Positions 1-8,273 of a stretch of DNA of 64,000 nt are shown piece by piece; the stretch's first letter is position 1, and each line of letters begins with the position of its first letter. This DNA is from Chromatiaceae bacterium. Its GTDB lineage: Bacteria > Pseudomonadota > Gammaproteobacteria > Chromatiales > Chromatiaceae. A model generated the notes under the pieces. It saw only the letters and a program-made list of their open reading frames with translations. It made no database searches and was not told the origin of the DNA. The stretch covers positions 811 to 64,810 of the forward strand of contig JALOTB010000024.1 in the NCBI GenBank assembly GCA_025458165.1, read 5' to 3'. Both the position numbers and the translations under genes were made by a program.

Positions 1-1
1 C

Positions 2-853
2 GCCATCCACTATCTCGGCGGACGCGCCGGCGGGCCGTTCGTCCCGCTCAACTGCGGGGCCCTTCCCGACCACCTGGTAGAGAACGAGCTCTTCGGCCAT
101 GCCCGCGGCGCGTATACCGATGCGCGTAGCCCCGCTCACGGGGCGATCGGCGAGGCCAGCGGCGGCACGCTGTTCCTCGACGAGGTCGAGGCCCTCTCGG
201 CCAAGGCCCAGGCCGCACTGCTCAGGTTCCTCCAGGACCACGAGTACCGGCCGCTTGGGGCCGCGCGGACCTGCCAATCCGATGCGCGTGTGCTCGCCGC
301 GAGCAACCTCGACCTGCGCGCACTGATCGGGCAGAGGGCATTTCGCCCCGACCTATTCTTTCGCCTGGAGGTCCTTTCGATCAGACTGCCCCCGCTGCGC
401 AGGCGTAAGGGCGACATCGAGCTACTCGCCCGCCACTTCATCGAGCGCTACCGGCATCAGTACGGCGGCGGGCCGCTCGAGCTCGACCGCCGCGCCCTGC
501 CCGGTCTCGACGACTACGCCTGGCCAGGCAACGTCCGCGAGCTCGAGAACCTGGTTCATCGCGCGGTGCTCCTCAGCGACGGCGGGCCGCTCTTCCTAAG
601 TCCCGGCCCGACCCCGGCGCCGCCCGATCCGGCCGCCGCGACACCGATCGACGACATCGACGTTGCCGTGGGTTTCGCCGAGGCCAAGGCGCGGGCGATC
701 GCCGCATTCGAACGGCGCTACCTCACGGCGCTCATGCAAGCCACCGGCGGCAATGTCACGCAGGCCGCCCGACGTGCTGACAAGGAGCGCCGCGCCCTTG
801 GCAAGCTCCTGAAGAAGCACGCGATCGGCTCGGCGCCCGTAACCGGCCGGTAG
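2..853 (+). CDS. sigma-54-dependent transcriptional activator (bacterial enhancer-binding protein), 5'-truncated by the window edge
   Basis: The frame is open from nt 2. AAA+ sigma-54 interaction motifs are visible: GTLFLDEV (Walker B), ELFGHARGAYTDA (a GAFTGA-loop variant) and GNVRELENLVHRAVLL. A C-terminal Fis-type HTH is also present (GGNVTQAARRADKERRALGKLLKKH). Confidence 0.9.
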   Translation, partial: AIHYLGGRAGGPFVPLNCGALPDHLVENELFGHARGAYTDARSPAHGAIGEASGGTLFLDEVEALSAKAQAALLRFLQDHEYRPLGAARTCQSDARVLAASNLDLRALIGQRAFRPDLFFRLEVLSIRLPPLRRRKGDIELLARHFIERYRHQYGGGPLELDRRALPGLDDYAWPGNVRELENLVHRAVLLSDGGPLFLSPGPTPAPPDPAAATPIDDIDVAVGFAEAKARAIAAFERRYLTALMQATGGNVTQAARRADKERRALGKLLKKHAIGSAPVTGR

Positions 854-1228
854 ACCGCGCCCGCATCTTTGCCGGCAGTGCGCCGCTGAGCGCCCGCCCC
901 GAGCGCCGTTGGCCCCTGAACCCCCCGGTCTCTCCTCGACACCCCCGGCCTGTCGCTTCGCCAGGGTGTGCGGCGCACGGGAGGAATGCCGTCCGGCCCG
1001 GCGATCTCGGGACCATGCTCCCACGGGTCGCCTGCGACCCGGCCTGGGTCCGATCTGACCCACCCTCGCGAGTCGGCGAGACCCGCCGCAAGCGCACGCC
1101 AAGTCTGCCCGGATTCTTTGGGCCCGGCCCATCGGCACCCCCGAGAGACCGGGTCGGACATGACCCGGGGCGCCGCTAACTGATCACCACTTACCAAGAA
1201 AACAGAGACATAAGGGTGCCTTCGGAGC

Positions 1229-1244
1229 TGGCACGAATACTGTA
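1229..1244 (+). promoter_or_regulatory. candidate sigma-54 (-24/-12) promoter for the injection-system operon
   Basis: CTGGCACGAATACTGTA has a perfect -24 TGGCAC at 1229-1234. The -12 element is degenerate (CTGT instead of TTGC). It lies ~45 nt upstream of the ATG at 1281 and downstream of a sigma-54 activator gene. Confidence 0.3.
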
Positions 1245-1280
1245 GCCGGCTTGTGACAACCAGATCGAAGGCGGGCACCG

Positions 1281-1637
1281 ATGGCAGAGCGGACGGAGGG
1301 CGAATCGGCCTCTGGCGACGGCGCCGAGTCGGCGCGGCCCGGGCAAGATGCCGCCCACCCTGAGATCGCCCGTCTCGCCGCTGAGGTGCTGCGCTATCTG
1401 CGGCGCCATCCGGGCGCCGCGGACACCGTCGAGGGAATCGCCGAATGGTGGATCGCCAAGCAACGGCTGGAGGATACCCCGGGGCGCGTGCAGGCGGCCG
1501 TGGATCGACTGGTCGCGCAAGGCCTGGTGGAGTCGACCGGTGGCGCCGCCGGGCGCCTGCGCTACCGGCTACGCGATGCCCCCTCGGGCGAGGCCGCGGC
1601 GGCGGCCGACCGCCACCAGACGGGGGCGGGTGACTGA
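1281..1637 (+). CDS. hypothetical small protein, first gene of the CIS operon (possible winged-helix fold)
   Basis: 118-aa ORF with coding-like composition. It ends 3 nt before the next start. No family was recognised. Confidence 0.5.
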   Translation: MAERTEGESASGDGAESARPGQDAAHPEIARLAAEVLRYLRRHPGAADTVEGIAEWWIAKQRLEDTPGRVQAAVDRLVAQGLVESTGGAAGRLRYRLRDAPSGEAAAAADRHQTGAGD

Positions 1638-1640
1638 TCC

Positions 1641-2258
1641 ATGGCCTCTTACCTCGGTGTGCGGGGGGCACTGCGGGCGCTCGAGAGGCACCTCCAGCAC
1701 CGGCTGCCGGCCGGCTGGCGCGCCGACGCGCTCGAGCCGACGATGAACCCGCCCCCGCGCGTGGAGCTGCTCGGTAGCAGCGCCCTGGCAGGCTCGCTGT
1801 CCGGCAACCTGCTCGGACTCTACCCGTACCGGTTGGTCGTCGATGCCCACGGGCGCAACCGACCCCTCACGGTGCCGGGACCGAATGGGGTGATCACACA
1901 CGCCGAGCTGCCAGTCAACCTGCAGCTACTCGTCATCGCCAACGGCACCAGCGCCCAGTATGAGCTGGATCTGCTGGCCTGGGCGATGATCGAGCTCGCC
2001 AACCACAGCCAGCTCGATGCGGCCGACCTCGACGAGGGGGACCCGCACTGGGGTCGCCAGGAGGCCCTCGCAATCCAGCCCACGGATCTCAGCAACGAAG
2101 ACCTGATGCGGCTCTGGGATCAGTTCGAGGCGGACTACACGCTGGCGGTCCCCTACGAGATCCGTACCGTCCGACTGCGGCTGGCGCCCGAGGACAGCGA
2201 GGGGCCGGCTGTCGGCACCCGGGCCTTCCCGCTCGGGACCCTGGAGGAGCACCGATGA
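1641..2258 (+). CDS. DUF4255 / Pvc16-Afp16-like tail terminator (cap) protein
   Basis: 205 aa. The N-terminal pattern (LERHLQHRLP ... LSGNLLGLYPYRLVVD ... LPVNLQLLVIANG ... ELDLLAWAM) resembles the DUF4255 family found in eCIS loci. Its position in the operon fits. Confidence 0.65.
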   Translation: MASYLGVRGALRALERHLQHRLPAGWRADALEPTMNPPPRVELLGSSALAGSLSGNLLGLYPYRLVVDAHGRNRPLTVPGPNGVITHAELPVNLQLLVIANGTSAQYELDLLAWAMIELANHSQLDAADLDEGDPHWGRQEALAIQPTDLSNEDLMRLWDQFEADYTLAVPYEIRTVRLRLAPEDSEGPAVGTRAFPLGTLEEHR

Positions 2259-3142
2259 GGCCGATGCGCGTCGGCGAAACCCTGGTGCTCCATGCGGCCG
2301 ACCTATTGCGCTGGCGCGACGGCACCTCGGCCGCGGACCCCAACGACGCCACCGCGATGCGGCTGCTCAACTGGCCGGTGCGAGTCGCCTTCGACGCCCC
2401 CCCCGCGGACCTCGCCTGGCTGCATAAGCCGGGACAAACGGCCCTCTGGCGGCGCCCGACGCAGGACATCGTGCACGGGCTCGCGACCGATGCCGACCGC
2501 CAGCGCCCAGGGCCGACGCCGTTCGCGCTTCAGGGTACGGTGGTCGACGCGACCGGGGCCTTCCAGCCGCGCCGCTTCTCGCTCATGGCCGGCAGTGCCC
2601 AAGGGCACGACCTGGTGCTCTACCCGAGCACACAGGGCACGCGCTTCGGCAGCGGGGGCGGTCTCACCGGCTCGCTGCGCTTCGACCTGCTCGCTCAGCA
2701 CCTGCCCGACCCCGACGCCGAGCCAACGCCTGAGCCGTTCCTGCTCGATCCCAGGCGGCCGGCGGCCTGGGCGCTGATCGAGGTCGCGGTGACCGTCGGC
2801 GATGGCGACCTGAGGCGCTTCCGCGCCCAGGCCGGCCCGCTCGGCGACTTTCGGCTCTCGCTTTGGCGTCTGCCGCCGCTGCCGGCCGGCACCGCGGCCT
2901 ATGCCGCCGAGCTGAGCGTGCGAGCGGCACTGACTGCGCTCGATCGCGCCCCGCTCGATCCGACCGCGCTGGCCGAGATGTCGGTCGCCAGTTTGCCGCC
3001 AGCGCCGGACCCGACCGCCGCCCCGCCAACGCTCCCGGCCGACGCCTTCGGGCCGACGCTCGCGTTGAGCCTGGTCCCCGGCGCGGTACAGCGGGTACCG
3101 ACCGCCGCACCCCATCGGCTCGCCCTGAGGCCGGCCCCATGA
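2255..3142 (+). CDS. hypothetical protein (CIS-associated)
   Basis: 295-aa ORF whose start overlaps the upstream stop (ATGA). No family was recognised. Confidence 0.5.
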   Translation: MRPMRVGETLVLHAADLLRWRDGTSAADPNDATAMRLLNWPVRVAFDAPPADLAWLHKPGQTALWRRPTQDIVHGLATDADRQRPGPTPFALQGTVVDATGAFQPRRFSLMAGSAQGHDLVLYPSTQGTRFGSGGGLTGSLRFDLLAQHLPDPDAEPTPEPFLLDPRRPAAWALIEVAVTVGDGDLRRFRAQAGPLGDFRLSLWRLPPLPAGTAAYAAELSVRAALTALDRAPLDPTALAEMSVASLPPAPDPTAAPPTLPADAFGPTLALSLVPGAVQRVPTAAPHRLALRPAP

Positions 3143-3189
3143 CTCCCGCCCAACCTTATCCCCACACGCTCGCCTAAGGAGGCCCGGTG

Positions 3190-5406
3190 ATGCCCGAGTA
3201 TCTCGCCCCTGGCGTATTCGTCGAGGAAGTCAGCTTTCGCGCCAAGTCCATCGAGGGGGTCGGCACCAGCGTCGCCGGCATCGTCGGCCCCACCCGTACC
3301 GGTCCCCTGCGCGGCAAGCCGGAGGTGGTGACCAGCTTCGCCCGCTTCACCCAGGTCTACGGGGACGCCGCCGACCTGACCCTCGGCGGCACGGCGGTGC
3401 TCAACCATACCGCGATCGCCGCGCGGGCCTTCTTTGACAACGGCGGCAAACAGCTCTTCGTCGTGCGGGTGGCGCGCCACGTCAACGACACCGATGCCGC
3501 GGGCGCCGTCAACGCGCCAGGGGCAGCGACCTTCGCCAGCCGAGCGGACGCCAGCAACCATGTCGCCTTCCGCGCCCGCTTCCCCGGAACCGCCGGCAAC
3601 TACTGGTTGGAGGTGCTCTGGCGTGCCAGTGCCAACCTGCTTGCCACGGAATACCCGGCGAGCCTCGCCGACGGCGAGACGGCCTTTCTGAACGCGACCG
3701 GGCTGCCCATCGCGGTGCGCGATCCGGCGCTCGGCGATGCCGATGTGCCCGACGCGAGCTTCCCGCTGTCGATCCAGGCCCTGGTCACCCGCGAGGGCGA
3801 CCGCTACCGCATCGTCGGCAACCGCGCGGTGATCGCCGCCGCCGACGGCACCGTTGCCGCGGCGGACCTCGCCCCGGCGGCGGGCGAGGAAGGGGCGTTG
3901 ATGGCCGCCGCGGTCGTCAATGGGCCGTCGATACAGGTCAGCTTCACCCGGGTGCGCGCTCGCGCGCCGGCGAGTGGACCGCTCGTGGACGGGGTCGCGG
4001 CGGAGCTGCGTCTGTCGCGAGAGACCGATCTGTCGAGGCACACCGGCGCCGCGCACTGGGGCCGTCTGCGTGTGCTGCGCGGCACGCTGAACGGGGCTGG
4101 CGATCTCTTCACCGTCAGCCCCGGGGGCGTCAACAGCGGGGTCGCGGCGCCGATAGCGGTGCCCCTGTCGCTGCTGGCCGCGGCACCCCCGGGTACCGCC
4201 GTCGTGCTGCCGCGGGAGGACTTCGACCTCGACGTGCGCACCCGCTCGGTGAGTGGAGGTCCCGGGGAGGTCGTCTGGTCGGTCGGTAGCCTCAGCACCA
4301 CGGCCAGCGGCGAGCGCAGCCTCGCGGCCCTGCTGCCCGCGGTCCCGGCGCGGCGCGAGGCGCAACTGATCAATCCCGTCAGTTGCACCATTGGCGCCGC
4401 GGCCACCACGCGAGCCCAGGTGCTCGCCGCCCTCGACAGCCTGTTCGAGACCACCTGGCTCGATCCCACCCGCGTCGATGGTCCCCGATATCTGATCGAG
4501 CTGCGGGCGGGTAGCGATGGCGCCCCACCGGTGGCCGCCGACTACGCCGGCGAGACCGACATCACGCAGGGCAGCACCGGTCTCGCCGCGCTGGAGGACA
4601 TCGAGGACGTCAGCATCCTCATGACCCCGGCGGCCGCGGCGGATGCGGACAACCATCAAGGGATCGTGCAGGCGATGTGGGCCCACTGCCGGCGGATGCG
4701 CTACCGGGTCGGTATCGTCGACTCGCGCGAAGGCATGTCGCTGTCGGAGGTGCGCGAGTGGGCCGGGCAGTTCCCGGACAACCGCCTCGCGCTCTATTAC
4801 CCCTGGATCGTCACCTCCGACCCGACCGGCGCGCGCAACAGCATCAGCGTACCGCCGGCTGGGTTTATCGCCGGGATCTATGCCAACACCGATGTGACCC
4901 GCGGCGTGCACAAGGCCCCGGCCAATGAGCCGATCATCGGCGCGCTACGCCTGGCGCAGGACATCAACCGCTTCCAGCAGGAGCTGCTCAACCCCAACGG
5001 CGTCAACTGCCTGCGCAGCTTCCCCGGCGGCGGCCATCGGGTCTGGGGCGGGCGCACGCTCGATGTGCGCGACCCGGAATGGAAGTACGTCAACGTCCGG
5101 CGCTATTTCCTCTACCTGGAGCGCTCCATCGACAGGTCCACGCAATGGGTGGTGTTCGAGCCCAACGGCGAGCGCCTGTGGGCCAACGTGCGCTCGGCGG
5201 TCGAGGACTTCCTCTACAACGAGTGGTTCAACGGCCGTCTGCTCGGCGGCTCACCGAAGGCGGCCTATTTCGTCCGCTGCGACCGCAGCACCATGACCCA
5301 GAACGATCTCGACAACGGCCGCCTGGTGTGCCTGGTCGGCGTCGCGCCGCTCACGCCCGCCGAGTTCGTGATCTTCCGCATCGGCCAGAAGACCGCCGAC
5401 GGTTGA
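3190..5406 (+). CDS. contractile tail sheath protein (Afp2-4/Pvc2-4-like)
   Basis: The N-terminus MPEYLAPGVFVEEVSFRAKSIEGVGTSVAGIVG is a classic sheath start. FFDNGGKQLFVVRV and the C-terminal GVNCLRSFPGGGHRVWGGRTL are also present. AAGGAGG lies 7 nt upstream of the ATG at 3190; an alternative GTG is at 3187. Confidence 0.92.
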   Translation: MPEYLAPGVFVEEVSFRAKSIEGVGTSVAGIVGPTRTGPLRGKPEVVTSFARFTQVYGDAADLTLGGTAVLNHTAIAARAFFDNGGKQLFVVRVARHVNDTDAAGAVNAPGAATFASRADASNHVAFRARFPGTAGNYWLEVLWRASANLLATEYPASLADGETAFLNATGLPIAVRDPALGDADVPDASFPLSIQALVTREGDRYRIVGNRAVIAAADGTVAAADLAPAAGEEGALMAAAVVNGPSIQVSFTRVRARAPASGPLVDGVAAELRLSRETDLSRHTGAAHWGRLRVLRGTLNGAGDLFTVSPGGVNSGVAAPIAVPLSLLAAAPPGTAVVLPREDFDLDVRTRSVSGGPGEVVWSVGSLSTTASGERSLAALLPAVPARREAQLINPVSCTIGAAATTRAQVLAALDSLFETTWLDPTRVDGPRYLIELRAGSDGAPPVAADYAGETDITQGSTGLAALEDIEDVSILMTPAAAADADNHQGIVQAMWAHCRRMRYRVGIVDSREGMSLSEVREWAGQFPDNRLALYYPWIVTSDPTGARNSISVPPAGFIAGIYANTDVTRGVHKAPANEPIIGALRLAQDINRFQQELLNPNGVNCLRSFPGGGHRVWGGRTLDVRDPEWKYVNVRRYFLYLERSIDRSTQWVVFEPNGERLWANVRSAVEDFLYNEWFNGRLLGGSPKAAYFVRCDRSTMTQNDLDNGRLVCLVGVAPLTPAEFVIFRIGQKTADG

Positions 5407-5442
5407 GCCGTATTCAACCCAGGGGTCGCAGCGCTTCCGACT

Positions 5443-5512
5443 TCGTTGTCGTTTTCGTAGTCGTCACCGAGCTTCTGCGATAGCCCGATTACGACTACGA
5501 CAACGACAACGA
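5443..5512 (+). repeat. intercistronic palindromic (REP-like) hairpin between the sheath and tube genes
   Basis: The left arm tcgttgtcgttttcgtagtcgt (5443-5464) pairs with the right arm acgactacgacaacgacaacga (5491-5512) at 21 of 22 positions, with a ~26-nt loop. The 20-mer cgattacgactacgacaacg (5486-5505) recurs 19/20 at 45886-45905. Confidence 0.6.
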
Positions 5513-5558
5513 TTTCGACATCCAACCCGACAACGACAAATCGTAGGCAGGTGAAGAG

Positions 5559-6020
5559 ATGCCCGAGCTCAGAGAGACGCCCTACGGGGCATTCAATTAC
5601 CTCGTCAATCTCGGCGACGGCTCTGAGGGGGCCGTCATCGGGGGCTTCTCGGAGGTCTCCGGCCTGAACGCCGAGGTCACTGTCGCCGAGTACCGCAACG
5701 GAAACTCCCCCGTGAACTACGTCACCAAGGTGCCCGGTATCCACAAGGCCGGCGACGTCACGCTCAAGCGCGGCGTAATCGGGGCCCAGAACCTCTACGA
5801 CTGGCTCGAGCTTGCCCGTGCCGGGGACCTGAGCGCCAAGCGCAATGTCGAGGTCAAGCTCAAGAGCGAAAACGCGAGCAGTCAGTCCGCCGTGGTCACC
5901 TGGAAGCTGTTCAACGCGATGCCGATCAAATGGACCGGCCCGACACTGACCGCCAAGGGCGGCAGCGATGTCGCCATGGAGGAGCTGGTGCTCGCGGTCG
6001 AGTACATCGAGCAGTCCTGA
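5559..6020 (+). CDS. tail tube protein (T4 gp19-like / Afp1-Pvc1-like)
   Basis: 153 aa. PYGAFNYLVNLG ... FSEVSGLNAEVTVAEYRNG ... KVPGIHKAGDVTLKRGV ... LYDW is typical of the conserved phage tail tube family. Confidence 0.9.
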   Translation: MPELRETPYGAFNYLVNLGDGSEGAVIGGFSEVSGLNAEVTVAEYRNGNSPVNYVTKVPGIHKAGDVTLKRGVIGAQNLYDWLELARAGDLSAKRNVEVKLKSENASSQSAVVTWKLFNAMPIKWTGPTLTAKGGSDVAMEELVLAVEYIEQS

Positions 6021-6075
6021 GCGCGATGACGACGCCGATACCACCGCTCGACCCCGGCACGCGCCCCTGACCCCG

Positions 6076-7752
6076 ATGGCCATCGAGGGGGAATTGATGG
6101 CCGGGCGCGTGACGCTGACGCCGCGTCCAACGCGGCGGCGCGAGCCGGTGCTGGTCGCGGCCATGCTCGGGCACCTACCCGGGCGCGTGCGCCTAGAGCG
6201 GCTGCGCCCGGCGGCCCGCGCACTGATGCGCGAGGTCGGGCTCGGCGAGGTCGTCGACCAGCTCGAGCCCCTGGCCCAGCCGCGTCTCTCGCCCGCCGAG
6301 CTCGATCGCATCCGCGCCCTGGCCCACGTCCCGGTTCCACTCGCGGCGAGCGCCGAGCTCGACGACATCTTCCCGGACGCCCGCGACGACCGTCAGCCGA
6401 CCGGCCATCGCAGCCTGCTCGCCGGTACCCGCGCCTGGCTGCCGCAGGCGGTCGACGACTTCTTCGTCAACGGTGGCGAGCGGCTGTGGATCCTGCGCGT
6501 CCCCAGTGACGAGGGGCGCGCCGGCTTCCTGCCGCAAACCGCGGCGGGTCTCGCGAGCGCCCTGGCCGCGGCCCCGGCCCGCGACCCTGGGGCCACCACG
6601 CGTTGTGACGAGCTCGGGCCGACAGCCGCGCTCGACCTGACGCGCCCGCTCGACCTGCGCGGACTGGCCGCCGTCCTGCCGATCCCCGAGGTCGGCCTGA
6701 TCGCCGCGCCAGACCTCGAGCGCCTCCTGATCCCCGCGCGGCTACCCGACATCGCTCGGGTCCGAGTCGAGAATGCGGCGCCCCGCTTCGTGCCCTGCGG
6801 CACGTCGCTCGACGATGACCACCGTGAGCGGCGTCGCGACAGCGAGATGCCGGCGCGCGTCGCCGATCAGCCCGACGCCAACGAGCCCGCCTGCTCGCTC
6901 GCCGTCATCGGCCGCATCGCGGCGACGCTCGCGGCCTGGCGCCCCGATTGCCAATATCTGCACACCCTGCCGCTCGCTTACTCCGCGGCGGCCGGCCAGC
7001 CGGCGCTGCATCCCGCCGTCACGTCCGGACTCGCGGCCGTGCGCGGGGGACGCGCCGGCGCACCGCTCAAGCGCGTGCAGTTGCTCTGGCCCTATCTGCG
7101 CGGCCCACGCTTCGCGCTCGCGAGCCCGGTCGGCGTCATCGCCGGGCGTACCGCCGCGGTGGCGCGCGCCGAGGGCCCGTGGCGCTCGGTCGCGGGGCGG
7201 GCCCTCAGCACCGATGCGGCACCCTGGCCGCCGGTCGGTCTACGCACGGTCGAGGCGCTGTGGGCATCGCCCGGGGTCGGCGTCCTGGTACAGCGACGCG
7301 GGCGTGTGGAGCTCGAGGACGAGCGCCTCGCGGTACCGGCGCTGCACGCCGACGACTGGGCGCCGGCCTGGGGCGACGCCGGCGATATCCGCCGCTACGA
7401 CGGTTACCGCGCCGGCGAGGTGGTGCGCTTCATCGGGTTCCTGCTGCGCCGCCTGCGTGCGCTCGGCGAGCGGTTGGTGTTCGACCTCGACGCCCGCGAC
7501 CCGCGTCCGCGCCTGCTCCTGGATGACCTGTGCCGCGGCCTGCACGCCGCCGGGGCGCTGCGCGGTGCGCTGCCGGAGGAGGGCTATCGGCTGCGCGAGG
7601 GGGTCGCCGCCCCGGGGGTGATCGCCTGGGACATCGAGCTGGCACCGGCCTTCCCGATCGACCGGCTGCGACTCAGCTTCGTCAACCGCGACGGCGAATG
7701 GCAGGCGGGTCTGTTGCAGGAGCGGGTCGGCTCGGGGGTGTTGAATGGCTGA
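6076..7752 (+). CDS. divergent tail-sheath-like paralog
   Basis: The sheath-like motif DDFFVNGGERLWILRV parallels FFDNGGKQLFVVRV in the main sheath. The ATG at 6076 was chosen after the tube gene stop. The rest of the protein is strongly diverged. Confidence 0.55.
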   Translation: MAIEGELMAGRVTLTPRPTRRREPVLVAAMLGHLPGRVRLERLRPAARALMREVGLGEVVDQLEPLAQPRLSPAELDRIRALAHVPVPLAASAELDDIFPDARDDRQPTGHRSLLAGTRAWLPQAVDDFFVNGGERLWILRVPSDEGRAGFLPQTAAGLASALAAAPARDPGATTRCDELGPTAALDLTRPLDLRGLAAVLPIPEVGLIAAPDLERLLIPARLPDIARVRVENAAPRFVPCGTSLDDDHRERRRDSEMPARVADQPDANEPACSLAVIGRIAATLAAWRPDCQYLHTLPLAYSAAAGQPALHPAVTSGLAAVRGGRAGAPLKRVQLLWPYLRGPRFALASPVGVIAGRTAAVARAEGPWRSVAGRALSTDAAPWPPVGLRTVEALWASPGVGVLVQRRGRVELEDERLAVPALHADDWAPAWGDAGDIRRYDGYRAGEVVRFIGFLLRRLRALGERLVFDLDARDPRPRLLLDDLCRGLHAAGALRGALPEEGYRLREGVAAPGVIAWDIELAPAFPIDRLRLSFVNRDGEWQAGLLQERVGSGVLNG

Positions 7753-8272
7753 TCTGTTCATCCCGTTCCGCTTCCTGGTGACCCTGTATTCGGCTGACAA
7801 GGCCGACGGTGCGACCGCGGCCGACACGCCGGAGGCGCGACGCGAGGAGACCGGCGAGGTCCTCTGCGGTGGGCAGTTCAGCGAGGTCACGGGGCTGGAG
7901 GTGACGATGACCCCCAAGACCATCACCGAGGGCGGCCGCAACTGGGGGGCGTTGCAGCGCAGCGGACCGACCAGCTTCAGCGCGGTCACGCTAAAGCGCG
8001 GCCTGACCACCATCAATGACCTCTGGGCCTGGTTTGACGTGACCACCCGCGGGGCCAACTACGGCTATCGGCTGCGCGGCGAGATCACCATGCTCGGCAA
8101 TCCGCAGGGCGGGCCCGGCAGCGCACCGGTGCCGGTGCTGACCTGGAGGCTCAGCAATGTGCTCCCAGTCAAGTTCAAGGGACCGGACCTGTCGGCCACC
8201 GCGAACCAGGTCGCCATCGAGGAGCTGCAGTTGGTCCATGAGGGCCTCGAACTGATCCGCCCGGGGGCCTGA
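7745..8272 (+). CDS. tail tube protein paralog (Afp5/Pvc5-like)
   Basis: 175 aa. FRFLVTLY ... GGQFSEVTGLEVTMTPKTITEGG ... SGPTSFSAVTLKRGLTTINDLWAWF matches the gp19-like tube family. It overlaps the upstream stop by 8 nt. Confidence 0.85.
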   Translation: MADLFIPFRFLVTLYSADKADGATAADTPEARREETGEVLCGGQFSEVTGLEVTMTPKTITEGGRNWGALQRSGPTSFSAVTLKRGLTTINDLWAWFDVTTRGANYGYRLRGEITMLGNPQGGPGSAPVPVLTWRLSNVLPVKFKGPDLSATANQVAIEELQLVHEGLELIRPGA

Positions 8273-8273
8273 C

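Noticed and set aside
290-853. The track ORF suggests a 187-aa protein starting at 290.
   Set aside because: The same frame is open back to nt 2 and encodes the AAA+ sigma-54 interaction domain. It is therefore the 3' part of a gene truncated by the window edge, not a separate small gene.
854-1280. Several overlapping ORFs on both strands in the spacer upstream of the CIS operon (for example 718-1671 -, 968-1183 +, 1191-1520 -).
   Set aside because: They are Arg/Pro-rich translations with no motifs, and they overlap each other and real genes. The region was treated as a regulatory spacer.
2899-4911. 670-aa ORF on the minus strand, antisense to the sheath gene. Similar long antisense or shadow ORFs occur at 9802-12342 (-), 14142-15650 (-), 15383-17284 (-), 20129-22693 (-), 24667-26187 (-), 26239-28056 (-), 47007-50543 (+), 54015-55433 (+), 55813-57180 (+), 58263-59804 (+) and 60024-61496 (+).
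   Set aside because: Their translations are Arg/Gly/Ala/Pro-rich with no recognisable motifs. Each lies opposite a gene with clear family signatures. Long stop-free antisense frames are expected at this GC content.
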